From: Hyphomicrobiales bacterium
GTDB taxonomy: Bacteria > Pseudomonadota > Alphaproteobacteria > Rhizobiales > WTKA01
Direction of reading: 5' to 3'
Length of the DNA stretch: 58,521 bases
Assembly: GCA_011524605.1 (NCBI GenBank)
Contig: WTKA01000037.1
Location: 1 to 58,521, forward strand
In this document: in pieces, positions 1 to 9,472 of the stretch
Position numbering within the stretch: position 1 is the first letter of the stretch
Layout of the letters: the number at the start of each line of letters is the position of its first letter
Made by a program: the position numbers and the translations under genes
The notes under the pieces: model-generated
Databases searched by the model: none
Told to the model about the DNA's origin: nothing
What the model saw: the letters and a program-made list of their open reading frames with translations, nothing else

Positions 1-20
1 TTTTCTAACAAGAGCCCTTG

Positions 21-45
21 AAAAATTTCGAGTGGGGTAACTCGA
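21..45 (-). terminator. Putative intrinsic terminator downstream of tRNA-Gly
   Basis: 6-bp stem TCGAGT/ACTCGA (28-33 / 40-45) with a 6-nt loop. On the minus strand it is followed by AAATTTTT. It lies just 3' of the tRNA. Confidence 0.35.
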
Positions 46-51
46 TCATAT

Positions 52-126
52 TGGAGCGGGCGATGGGATTCGAACCCACGACCCTAACCTTGGCAAGGTT
101 ATGCTCTACCCCTGAGCTACACCCGC
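52..126 (-). tRNA. tRNA-Gly (anticodon GCC)
   Basis: The reverse complement folds as a full cloverleaf: GCGGGTG / GCTC-AGGGGTA-GAGC / TAACC-TTGCCAA-GGTTA / GTGGG-TTCGAAT-CCCAT / CGCCCGC-T-CCA. The anticodon loop carries GCC and CCA is encoded. Confidence 0.93.
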
Positions 127-275
127 ATCCGATATTGAGATGTCCTTATGCATCATGATGATTTGAAATGCAAGGCCTAATTTCACTTTTTTTCATTTTT
201 TTTATATTTATTTTTTTTATGAATATTCAGCCCTGCAATTAACTAAAAATAAATTTTAGAATCAATGATATAAAA

Positions 276-2084
276 TTAAAGAGCTGTTGTTTTCACAGCA
301 TCAATTAAGCTGAGTTGAGGCTTAATTTGCCCTTGCCAATAATTTGCTTTTATAGTGCCCACAAGATGAAATGGAGCTTGATTATGCTCCATAATCGCAG
401 CTCCTAATTCAGTGTCTTGCAGGCGAAATCCAATGGCGTCTAAATAAGCATTATTTTTCTTACCCGTCGGGGAACTGATAGAAAATTTCAAATGACCTTT
501 GCCCACCCATGAAGGACGATGGATATGATGAGAAGGAAAAGCAAAAATAGGGCTTGGATTGCCGTTGCCATAAGGGCCTGCTTTTTCTATTTCTTGCAAC
601 AAATCAATATTAGCAGCGGCAGATGAAAGGGCTGCATCAATTTTCAAAACTTCTTCGCTGCGCGCTTGATTGACTTGATTGCTTAACTGTTCAATCATGA
701 ATGCTCTAAATTGGCCAATATTATTAGAAGGGCAAGTTAAGCCAGCAGCCATTTTATGCCCTCCTCCCTTTACGAGTATATTTTGCGAAACAGCTTCTTT
801 AACCGCACTACCAATATCAACACCAGGAACAGAACGCCCAGAGCCAACCGATAGATCATTCTCAACGGCAAGGGCAAAAACAGGGCGTCGAAAACGCTCT
901 TTTAAGCGTGATGCAACAAGACCAACAACCCCTTGATGCCAGCCCTGCCCTGTTACGACTAAAACAGGCAGGTCTTGATTTTCACCAAGAAGATTCTCCG
1001 CTTGTATAACAGCATCTTGCACAATATCTGCTTCAATAGCTTGCCGCTGTTTATTTAAATCATCGAGGACTTGGGCAATTTCTTGGCATTTGAAATTATC
1101 TTTATTGGTCAGCAAGTCAGCACCAAGTTCTGCCTGCCCGATACGTCCTCCTGCATTAATCCTTGGTCCCAATAAAAATCCCAAATCATAGGCAGTAACA
1201 GGGCCATTAACACGAGAAATATCACAAAGAGCCGCTAACCCTTGATTCTGGCGTTGGCGCATTACTTCCAACCCCCGCAAAACAAAAGTACGATTAAGCC
1301 CTTGCAAACTAACAATATCTGCAACTGTACCCAAAGCGACAACATCTAAATAAGACATGAGATTTGGCTCAGTTTTAGCTTGAGAAAAATAGCCTTCTTT
1401 ACGTAGCTTTCTATTTAAAGCAACAATAACCATAAAAGCTAAACCAGCAGCGCATAGGTGATCTAAACCGCTGGTATCATCCATTCGATTTGGGTTTACA
1501 ATGGCTATCGCGGGGGGCAGTTCTAAAGCTGCCAAATGATGATCAATCACGAGTGCGTCTAAATTTATTGTTTTAGCATGGGATAAAGCATCAAAACTTG
1601 TGACACCGCAATCAATGGTGATGAGCAAATCTGCACCACTTTGCTTAATTGTTGTAATGGCTTCAATATTTGGCCCATAGCCTTCACGAAAGCGATCCGG
1701 AATATAAATAGAAGCATCAGAGCCAATCGCAAGCAAATAGTTTTTCAAACAAGCGCAAGAGGTTGCCCCATCAACATCATAGTCACCAAACAAGGTTATT
1801 GATTGATTTTTGATAATGGCATCATAAAGTCGATCTACTAATATCTCCATATCCAATAAACAGTTTGGATCTGGCATATCATGTCGTAGCTGAGGGTTTA
1901 AAAATCCCTCTACTTGATCTAACGCAATATCGCGACCTGCCAATATACGCGCTAATGCAAGAGAAATCCCATGGCGCTGTGCCATGGCATCTGAAATTCT
2001 CTCACTATTTTGAGAAAGGCGTGCAACCCATTTTCGCCCCGTTAAAGAGTTTTTAACATTGAGAAAAGGAGGTGCTGTAGACAA
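276..2084 (-). CDS. recJ: Single-stranded-DNA-specific exonuclease RecJ
   Basis: 602-aa ORF with DHH-family motifs (GDYDVDGATS, VIDHHL) and a DHHA1-type GGGH motif (GGGHKMAAG). Confidence 0.9.
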   Translation of the reverse strand: MSTAPPFLNVKNSLTGRKWVARLSQNSERISDAMAQRHGISLALARILAGRDIALDQVEGFLNPQLRHDMPDPNCLLDMEILVDRLYDAIIKNQSITLFGDYDVDGATSCACLKNYLLAIGSDASIYIPDRFREGYGPNIEAITTIKQSGADLLITIDCGVTSFDALSHAKTINLDALVIDHHLAALELPPAIAIVNPNRMDDTSGLDHLCAAGLAFMVIVALNRKLRKEGYFSQAKTEPNLMSYLDVVALGTVADIVSLQGLNRTFVLRGLEVMRQRQNQGLAALCDISRVNGPVTAYDLGFLLGPRINAGGRIGQAELGADLLTNKDNFKCQEIAQVLDDLNKQRQAIEADIVQDAVIQAENLLGENQDLPVLVVTGQGWHQGVVGLVASRLKERFRRPVFALAVENDLSVGSGRSVPGVDIGSAVKEAVSQNILVKGGGHKMAAGLTCPSNNIGQFRAFMIEQLSNQVNQARSEEVLKIDAALSSAAANIDLLQEIEKAGPYGNGNPSPIFAFPSHHIHRPSWVGKGHLKFSISSPTGKKNNAYLDAIGFRLQDTELGAAIMEHNQAPFHLVGTIKANYWQGQIKPQLSLIDAVKTTAL

Positions 2085-2088
2085 TAGA

Positions 2089-3099
2089 TTATCCTAATAT
2101 ATGAAATTTCGAACGATCACGATGCTCTGTATTGATACGGCGTACAGTACCTGTGCGAGAGCGCATAACAATAGTATCTGTCACTATTTTATTATTATAA
2201 AATTTAACGCCTTTGAGCATATTGCCATCAGTAACCCCTGAAGCAGCAAAAATCACAGAGCCACTTGCCATATCTTCAGCTGTATATATTTGATTTGTGG
2301 TTGATACTCCCATGCGCTCAGCACGTTCTTTCTTCTCATTTGTATCAAGAATCAAACGACCTAAAATTTGTCCACCCATACAACGCATAGCAGCAGCAGC
2401 CAAAACGCCTTCAGGCGCTCCGCCAATACCAACATAAAGATCAATGCCTGTTTCTTCTGTATCTGTTGTATGAATAACACCAGCGACATCACCATCACCG
2501 ATAAGACGGACAGCAACGCCAATTTCACGAAGAGAGGAGATCATTTTTGAATGGCGCGGGCGATCAAGAATGCAAGCCGTTAGTTCAGTAATGTTGCATC
2601 CTTTTTCTTTTGCCATTTTTTTCATTGTATCTTGAATAGGACGATCAAGATCAAGAAGATCAGCAGAATAACCTGGCCCTACAGCAATTTTTTCCATATA
2701 AACATCAGGGGCATTTAGCATAGCCCCATCTTGAGCCATGGCAATAACAGCAAGTGCATTGGGCATATCTTTAGCACAAATTGTTGTTCCTTCTAGAGGA
2801 TCAACGGCGATATCAATTTGAGGCCCCTTGCCTGAGCCAACCTCTTCACCAATAAACAGCATGGGCGCTTCATCACGCTCCCCTTCCCCGATGCGAATTG
2901 TGCCACGAATATCAATATTATCCATTTCCTTACGCATAGCGGTAACTGCGGCTTGATCTGCTTCTTTCTCACTGCCTTTGCCGCGTAAGGTTGCAGCAGC
3001 AACAGCAGCTTGCTCTGTAATGCGCGCAATTTCTATTGATAAAAGTCTATCAGTAGAACGAAGCTCTTTTTCCGACAAAGCACCCATAAATATCTCCAA
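2089..3099 (-). CDS. glpX: Class II fructose-1,6-bisphosphatase (GlpX type)
   Basis: 336-aa ORF with a GlpX-like N-terminus (LSIEIARITEQAAVAAA) and GIGGAPEGVLAAAA motif. Conserved position between recJ and hom. The start may be the internal MGAL. Confidence 0.88.
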   Translation of the reverse strand: MEIFMGALSEKELRSTDRLLSIEIARITEQAAVAAATLRGKGSEKEADQAAVTAMRKEMDNIDIRGTIRIGEGERDEAPMLFIGEEVGSGKGPQIDIAVDPLEGTTICAKDMPNALAVIAMAQDGAMLNAPDVYMEKIAVGPGYSADLLDLDRPIQDTMKKMAKEKGCNITELTACILDRPRHSKMISSLREIGVAVRLIGDGDVAGVIHTTDTEETGIDLYVGIGGAPEGVLAAAAMRCMGGQILGRLILDTNEKKERAERMGVSTTNQIYTAEDMASGSVIFAASGVTDGNMLKGVKFYNNKIVTDTIVMRSRTGTVRRINTEHRDRSKFHILG

Positions 3100-3110
3100 A
3101 TACCGCAGTT

Positions 3111-4412
3111 TTAGCTTAAATTTTCAATTCTAATAACTTGTGGGTTACCCACAATGAATGCATGTTTACTTAAGTTAGAAATTGCTTCAGTTAAAGTTGA
3201 TTCAATACAATTATGTGTAATTAACACAATTTTTTGCAATCCTGAATCATTATTCACTACAGTATTATCATTTTTATTCTGCATAATGCTTTTGAGCGAT
3301 ATATTTTTCTCGGCCATTTCTTGAGCAATTGCAGCAAAAACACCAGTTTCATCTTTTACCGATATGCTGATATAAAAGCCACCTTCATGACTTACTGCTT
3401 TTGCAGCTTCATAAGGGGTCATTTCCTGCTGTGCGAAACCATATACAGGGGTCTCATCCCCATATGTGATATCAAAAATATCGCCAACAACAGCGGAAGC
3501 CGTCGCATCACCGCCAGCACCAGGCCCCACAAGCATGACACTACCAACAGCATCACCTTCAACACCAACAGCATTTAACACGCCATCAACGCGCGCTATA
3601 GCAGAGTTTTCTGGGATAAGCGTTGGATGCACGCGTTGTTCAATGCCATTTTCTGTTTGCCTTGCAATGCCAAGAAGCTTGATTTTATAGCCTAAATTTT
3701 TCGCTGTTTTGATATCATCTGATGTAATTGCTTCAATACCCTCAACTAATACAGATTCAGCTGCTGTTTCATGTCCAAATGCGAGAGAAGAAAGCAAAGA
3801 TAATTTATGCGCTGTATCAAATCCGCCAATATCAAAGGTTGGATCTGCTTCAGCATAGCCTAAATCTTGCGCAATCTTTAAACATTCATCAAAGGCCATA
3901 CCTTCATCACCCATGCGCGTCAGCATATAATTGCATGTTCCGTTCAAAATACCGATAACACGTGTAATTGTATTGGCTTTTAATCCCTCTCTTAAGGCTT
4001 TTACAATTGGTATGCCACCAGCGATCGCTGCTTCAAAACGTAAGGCAACACCATTTTCTTCCGCTAGCTTTGCCAGCGCCATGCCGTGCTTTGCCAACAG
4101 TGCTTTATTGGCAGTGACAACATGTTTACCATTTGCAAGGGCTATTTTTACACTCTCAAGCGCGGGACCTTCATCGCCCCCAATCAGCTCAGCAAAAATG
4201 TCAATATCTGGATCTTTTGCTAGTTCAATAGGATCATCATACCAGACCAAACCCTCTTCACTGAAACCGCGGTCTTTCCCTTTAGTCCTAGCGCTTACAG
4301 CGGTTAATGTCGCATTTTGAGGCTTAGAAAGTAAAATACGAGCTGTAGAAGACCCTACTGTTCCTAATCCGGCAATCCCTATTTTTGCTGGTTTTCTATT
4401 TAGTCGTTTCAC
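3111..4412 (-). CDS. hom: Homoserine dehydrogenase
   Basis: 433-aa ORF with an N-terminal NAD(P) fold (IGIAGLGTVGS), a central catalytic domain and a C-terminal ACT-like region. Confidence 0.9.
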   Translation of the reverse strand: MKRLNRKPAKIGIAGLGTVGSSTARILLSKPQNATLTAVSARTKGKDRGFSEEGLVWYDDPIELAKDPDIDIFAELIGGDEGPALESVKIALANGKHVVTANKALLAKHGMALAKLAEENGVALRFEAAIAGGIPIVKALREGLKANTITRVIGILNGTCNYMLTRMGDEGMAFDECLKIAQDLGYAEADPTFDIGGFDTAHKLSLLSSLAFGHETAAESVLVEGIEAITSDDIKTAKNLGYKIKLLGIARQTENGIEQRVHPTLIPENSAIARVDGVLNAVGVEGDAVGSVMLVGPGAGGDATASAVVGDIFDITYGDETPVYGFAQQEMTPYEAAKAVSHEGGFYISISVKDETGVFAAIAQEMAEKNISLKSIMQNKNDNTVVNNDSGLQKIVLITHNCIESTLTEAISNLSKHAFIVGNPQVIRIENLS

Positions 4413-4440
4413 GCTTTATAATCCTTAATGTGATTTTATT

Positions 4441-5613
4441 CTAACGATTGAAGATCGGTTTTAAATTACGAGCTGCTTGGCGAATACGCTGCTCATTTTC
4501 AACAAGAGCAAGCCTTACATAACCTTCACCATGCTCTCCAAAGCCTAGACCTGGAGACACTGCAACAGAGGCTTCTTGAATGAGCATTTTACAAAAGTCA
4601 ACAGAACTTAAGTGAGAAAATTTCTCTGGGATAGGCGCCCAAGCGAACATAGTTGCTGGTGGCGGTGGAACATCCCAGCCCGCGCGAGCGAAGCTATCAA
4701 TCATGCAATCCCGCCTTGATTGGTAAATTTGACGTATTTCTTCTATTGAATTATTACCGCCATTTAAAGCGGCAGCGGCGGCAACTTGAATCGGCGTGAA
4801 AGCACCATAATCAAGATAGCTTTTTACACGCTTTAAGGCCGCTATTAGCGTTTCATTACCAACAGCAAAGCCCATACGCCAACCGGGCATTGAGAATGTT
4901 TTACTTAATGAAGTGAATTCAACCGTAATATCTTCTGCACCATCTATTTCTAAAACAGATGTCGGCGCTTGACCATCAAAATAAATTTCTGAGTAGGCTA
5001 AATCTGATAAAATAATTAAATCATGCTTTTTTGCAAATTTAACAACCTCTTTATAAAAGGCTGGCTCTGCAACATAGGCAGTCGGATTTGATGGAAAATT
5101 CAAAATCACCGCGATAGGCTTTGGAATCGAGTGTTTTACGGCTTTTTCCATCGATCTAATAAATTCTTCGCCAGGCTTTGCAGGCATAGAGCGTAATGTA
5201 CCGCCTGACATTAAAAAACCAAATGAATGAATAGGATAAGTTGGATCTGGAACAAGAACAACATCACCAGGCGCTGTAATTGCTTGCGCCATATTAGCAA
5301 ACCCCTCTTTAGATCCTAATGTAGCTACAACTTGCGTTTCAGGATTGAGTTTAACGCCAAATCGGCGTTCATAATAGTTTGCCTGCGCTTTTCGCAAGCC
5401 TGGTATACCCTTTGAAGCAGAATAGCGATGGGTTTTGGGGTCTTGAACGGTTTCCACAAGCTTATCAACGATAAATTGAGGGGTCGGCAAATCTGGATTA
5501 CCCATCCCTAAATCAATAATATCCTGACCAGCGGCTCGCGCTTCCGCCTTTAATCTATTGACTTCTTCAAATACATAGACGGGCAAACGCTTAATTTTGT
5601 GAAATTCAACCAT
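4441..5613 (-). CDS. Class I/II PLP-dependent aminotransferase
   Basis: 390-aa ORF with the PLP-lysine motif SLSKTFSMPGWRMGF and an N-terminal LGMGNPD motif. The exact substrate cannot be assigned from sequence. Confidence 0.8.
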   Translation of the reverse strand: MVEFHKIKRLPVYVFEEVNRLKAEARAAGQDIIDLGMGNPDLPTPQFIVDKLVETVQDPKTHRYSASKGIPGLRKAQANYYERRFGVKLNPETQVVATLGSKEGFANMAQAITAPGDVVLVPDPTYPIHSFGFLMSGGTLRSMPAKPGEEFIRSMEKAVKHSIPKPIAVILNFPSNPTAYVAEPAFYKEVVKFAKKHDLIILSDLAYSEIYFDGQAPTSVLEIDGAEDITVEFTSLSKTFSMPGWRMGFAVGNETLIAALKRVKSYLDYGAFTPIQVAAAAALNGGNNSIEEIRQIYQSRRDCMIDSFARAGWDVPPPPATMFAWAPIPEKFSHLSSVDFCKMLIQEASVAVSPGLGFGEHGEGYVRLALVENEQRIRQAARNLKPIFNR

Positions 5614-5720
5614 ATCACTTAACCTCTGGCAGTTTTATTTTTAAATATTGTTTCTTCATTTATTCTTCGGTGCAAAAAAAGGCAATAGTAAGATCATCTT
5701 TAACATATAAAAGCGATAAA

Positions 5721-6065
5721 TTATCTATTTGATAAAAGGGCTCTAATTTTTTCTGCATAAGCATCCAATTCTTCTACACTTGCGTCATCTGCTGGTGGGC
5801 TGGGCAGCTGTGTAGATTGCGCAGCATTTATTCGACCTTCATGATCTATTTTTCTTTGTGCAGCTAACATTGAACTATTTGCATGCTGTTTATTTAATGC
5901 TTCTGCCTGATTTAATTCTTCAGTTAGCATCTCTTTTTCGTTGCTAATCTCTAAAGATTTATATCGCCAAGCCTCATTGGCAAAGTCATTATCAAATTCT
6001 GACTTAGAAGAGCAAGAAGCGCATAATAAGAATAGAGCAAAAATTGATAAAATATGATAGAACAT
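5721..6065 (-). CDS. Small secreted/lipoprotein-like hypothetical protein
   Basis: 114-aa ORF with a hydrophobic N-terminus ending LLCASCSS (lipobox-like), followed by a charged helical region. No recognisable family. Confidence 0.5.
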   Translation of the reverse strand: MFYHILSIFALFLLCASCSSKSEFDNDFANEAWRYKSLEISNEKEMLTEELNQAEALNKQHANSSMLAAQRKIDHEGRINAAQSTQLPSPPADDASVEELDAYAEKIRALLSNR

Positions 6066-6323
6066 AGATAAAATGCTTTGATTGAGATTCTTTACAATAT
6101 ATGCAATATAGCAAAAATGAATGGTAATGAATATGAATTAATCAATTTATACATTGCGACTATATTTTAATTTTAAAAATCAATATTTTCTCACTTAAAG
6201 AAATTTAAAACTGTTTACGTTAAGCTATATATGTTTTAAAAGCATTTTAAATCTATGATATAAAATAATGAAAGTACAGCTTTTATATATCTTATGCTAT
6301 TTTACAAAATTTAGGAGCGTTTT

Positions 6324-8135
6324 ATGGTAGATGCGCCAAACAATGACAAAACTGATCTGCAAAAATCACAAAATTCAGGAGAAGAAGCTTCTGAACATTT
6401 TGCTCGCATTATAGAAAATGGTAGCAAAGCTTTATATTCATATCTAGAACCCTATCAAAATGCAGAGGCTGGTACACGGGTAGCAAAACGCTTTGATATG
6501 TTATCGTCAGTTTTTCAAAATATTGCCGAATCTTGGAAAGATAACCCGCAAGCTGCGACTCAATCGCAAACTGATTATTTAACACAATGTTTCACGCTTT
6601 GGGGTGACTTTATAAAACAAATAAATGGCGAAGAAATTACCAATAGCTCGAAAGCTGTAACGAAAGACAAGCGCTATGAAGATCCGATGTGGGATAATAT
6701 AGCTTGGTTTTCTTTCTTAAAGCAATTTCATCAAATTTCAGGAAATTGGATTGAACAATTAGTGAAAGACGCGCCTGATGTTGACCCTGAAATTCGCCAT
6801 AAAGCTTCTTTTTTCCTAACGCAGATTATTGAAGCAACCTCACCTGCAAATTTTGCTATGACCAACCCTGTTGTGATTAATGAAGCTATCAAAACAAATG
6901 GCAAGTCTCTAGCTGACGGACTTGAAAAATTAGCAGAAGACATTTCTCTTGGTGGAGGAGAACTAAAAATCAGGCAGACAGCGCCCGATATGTTTGAAGT
7001 TGGCAAAGACCTTGCTATCACTGAGGGAAGTGTTGTTTTTGAAAATGAGGTTATGCAGCTTATACAGTACAAGCCTACAACAGAAACTGTCTATGACATA
7101 CCTGTCGTCATCTCCCCTCCTTGGATAAATAAATATTATATTTTAGATTTAACGAAAGAAAAATCTTTTGTTCAGTGGATGGTTGATCAAGGTCATACAG
7201 TCTTTATGATTTCTTGGGTGAATGCCGATGAAACAACAAGGGATATTGGATTTGAAGATTATATGAGAAGCGGTATCGTGAAAGCCATTGATATTGCGAC
7301 AGAAATTTGCGGTACTGAAAAAGCCCACACAATGGGTTATTGTGTCGGTGGAACGATGCTCGCCTTTAGCGCTGCCTATATGGCTGCGACAGGCAATGAA
7401 AAAATTGCCTCTACAAGCTTTTTAACAACTCAAGTTGATTTCACCCATGCTGGTGACTTAAAAGCTTTTGTCGATGAAAGCCAAGTCTCAACGCTTGAAG
7501 AAGAAATGGAACAAGTTGGCTACCTAAGCTCTCATCAAATGTCTGGCGCATTTAATATGCTGCGCGCCCGTGATATGATTTGGCCATATTTCATTAATGC
7601 TTATCTTATCGGTAAAGATCCACGCCCCTTTGATTTACTTCATTGGAATTCAGATGCTACCTGCATTCCACATAAAAACCACTCTTACTATATTCGAAAT
7701 TTTTATCTAGAAAATAAGCTTGTAAATAAATTATTAGAAGTTGATGGCTTTACCTTAGATTTAGAGAAAGTAAAAACACCCGTTTATTCTTTAGCAACAA
7801 AAGAAGACCATATCGCCCCAGCAAAATCCGTTTTCTTAGGCACACAATTTTTTGGCGGCGATGTCACTTTTGTTCTCTCTGGCTCAGGCCATATTGCAGG
7901 TGTTGTTAATCCACCCCATAAAAATAAATACCAATATTGGACTGGCGGAAAACCAACAGGCTCTCTTGATGAGTGGGCTGCAAACACAAAAGAGCATCCT
8001 GGTAGCTGGTGGCATAATTGGCATGAATGGATATTAGCTGTTAATGATGATATGGTCTCACCGCGTGAAATTGGCTCAAAAACATATCCAGCTATAGAAA
8101 ATGCACCTGGAAGTTATGTTAAAAAGAAAAGCTAG
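6324..8135 (+). CDS. phaC: Class I poly(3-hydroxyalkanoate) synthase
   Basis: 603-aa ORF with the lipase-box-like G-x-C-x-G (GYCVGG) and class I PhaC length and architecture. Confidence 0.88.
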   Translation: MVDAPNNDKTDLQKSQNSGEEASEHFARIIENGSKALYSYLEPYQNAEAGTRVAKRFDMLSSVFQNIAESWKDNPQAATQSQTDYLTQCFTLWGDFIKQINGEEITNSSKAVTKDKRYEDPMWDNIAWFSFLKQFHQISGNWIEQLVKDAPDVDPEIRHKASFFLTQIIEATSPANFAMTNPVVINEAIKTNGKSLADGLEKLAEDISLGGGELKIRQTAPDMFEVGKDLAITEGSVVFENEVMQLIQYKPTTETVYDIPVVISPPWINKYYILDLTKEKSFVQWMVDQGHTVFMISWVNADETTRDIGFEDYMRSGIVKAIDIATEICGTEKAHTMGYCVGGTMLAFSAAYMAATGNEKIASTSFLTTQVDFTHAGDLKAFVDESQVSTLEEEMEQVGYLSSHQMSGAFNMLRARDMIWPYFINAYLIGKDPRPFDLLHWNSDATCIPHKNHSYYIRNFYLENKLVNKLLEVDGFTLDLEKVKTPVYSLATKEDHIAPAKSVFLGTQFFGGDVTFVLSGSGHIAGVVNPPHKNKYQYWTGGKPTGSLDEWAANTKEHPGSWWHNWHEWILAVNDDMVSPREIGSKTYPAIENAPGSYVKKKS

Positions 8136-8415
8136 GGTCAGGACCTATTAATTTTGTTCAATTCTGTTTGAGTTAAAACTACTAGGTGGATGAAAATAAA
8201 GTAAAATCATCGTTTTGCTATTGTTGAAACTTTATTTTTGACAAATGATGCTTTTAACTCAAACCCACTTTTAAATTTAATGGGCACCATATATTTACAC
8301 AATGAATGCGTCAAAAAAGCTTGAAATTACAAGTAGTTCCAGCGCTTTCTTTTCTGTTCATAGTGTAAATCTATCGGCGCAGAATGGACTAAATTAATAG
8401 ATCCTGAGCCTAGGG
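8132..8415. mobile_element. MITE-like non-autonomous element with ~22-bp terminal inverted repeats
   Basis: The left end is CTAGGGTCAGGACCTATTAATT (8132-8153). The right end, reverse-complemented, is CTAGGCTCAGGATCTATTAATT (8413-8392), a 20/22 match. There is a nested perfect 13-bp inverted repeat, GTTTGAGTTAAAA (8166-8178) / TTTTAACTCAAAC (8252-8264), and no ORF inside. Confidence 0.6.
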
Positions 8416-8737
8416 TGGCACCCAATCTAAAAACATAAATATGTGAGATGAGATAGGCTTAATCTAATAGGAATAGCAGATGATATTAAAAGTATTTATC
8501 TGCTTATTTGAAAGAAATATAAGTCATTCTCACTTATTTCTTAAAGCATGTGTCCAATTCCTATTTTGAGTACAAACTCTACTCACTAACAACATCCAAA
8601 GGTGGAAAATATATAAAAAGCTACAAAAATAGTAAATTATATTTTATAATAATATGTATGAGACCATAGACAAGTAATATCTTTTTAAGAAGATTCTAAT
8701 ATAATAATATTTACTTTATTAGAATCAGGGCAGATCA

Positions 8738-9376
8738 ATGGCAGCACCTCTTGAAAAACTAAATGATCAATCTTTGACAAATTTATCTTATAGAAATAAT
8801 CCTGCTATAAAAGAAATGCGCAAGCATCAGCGTGTACCGCTTTCTATCCCTGGACGCTTCATGCTTGAAGATAAAACGGAATATCCTTGCCAAGTTGTAA
8901 ACATGTCTCCAGGTGGCGTTGCAATTTTAGCCCCTAATTACGGACGCATTGGTGAGCGCATTGTCTGCTATTTAGAGACTTTAGGTCGTTTAGAAGGCTT
9001 CGTTGTTCGTCATTTTGGCAGTGGCTTTTCATTTACAATTAATGCCTCGCCTCGCAAAAGAGAGCGTTTGGCTGAGCAGCTTATGTGGCTGTCTAATAAA
9101 GATAATTTGGACTTGGACGATGAGCGTGATCATCAACGTGTTGTTCCTAAAAATTCCTATTCACAAATCGCTTTTTCTGATGGTCGCGTTTCAACATGCC
9201 GCATTATCAACGTTTCTATGAGCGGACTTGGTATTCAGGTCAATGAAAAACCTGCAATCGGTGAAAATGTTGTAATTGGTAAAACTGCATGCCGAATTGT
9301 TCGTCATTTTGAAAATGGTATTGGCGCAGAATTCTCAAGAGCACCAAGTGAACAAATTATGTCTGATTTTCTTTAG
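8738..9376 (+). CDS. Tandem PilZ-domain protein (putative c-di-GMP receptor)
   Basis: 212-aa ORF with two complete PilZ signatures: RKHQR...NMSPGG and RDHQR...NVSMSG (RxxxR plus [D/N]xSxxG). Confidence 0.8.
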   Translation: MAAPLEKLNDQSLTNLSYRNNPAIKEMRKHQRVPLSIPGRFMLEDKTEYPCQVVNMSPGGVAILAPNYGRIGERIVCYLETLGRLEGFVVRHFGSGFSFTINASPRKRERLAEQLMWLSNKDNLDLDDERDHQRVVPKNSYSQIAFSDGRVSTCRIINVSMSGLGIQVNEKPAIGENVVIGKTACRIVRHFENGIGAEFSRAPSEQIMSDFL

Positions 9377-9408
9377 ATAGTATAGGTCTATTCATATTAG
9401 CTTTAAGT

Positions 9409-9435
9409 GCCAGTTTAAGAACTGGCCTTTTTTTA
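9409..9435. terminator. Intrinsic terminator between convergent PilZ and aminotransferase genes
   Basis: 7-bp stem GCCAGTT/AACTGGC (9409-9415 / 9420-9426) with a 4-nt loop, followed by CTTTTTTTA. Confidence 0.6.
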
Positions 9436-9472
9436 TTTGTCTAATAGCTTTTAAATATTTTCTATAAGAGAT

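Noticed and set aside
3931-4320. 129-aa plus-strand ORF inside hom, and similar antisense or alternate-frame ORFs (e.g. 679-936, 6731-7072, 16546-16887, 17206-17511, 48421-48747, 54554-54886, 55877-56239)
   Set aside because: All lie wholly within well-supported genes on the other strand or in another frame. They have low-complexity or skewed composition and no recognisable motifs or RBS, so they are shadow ORFs.
8416-8432. TGGCAC immediately after the MITE, considered as a sigma54 -24 element
   Set aside because: The required TTGC(A/T) -12 element five nt downstream is absent (the sequence reads CCAATCTAA), and no enhancer-like sites are evident.
8692-8726. Inverted repeat GATTCTAAT-N17-ATTAGAATC just upstream of the PilZ gene
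   Set aside because: It is entirely A/T-rich with a long spacer. Such repeats are frequent by chance in this composition, and I have no independent support.
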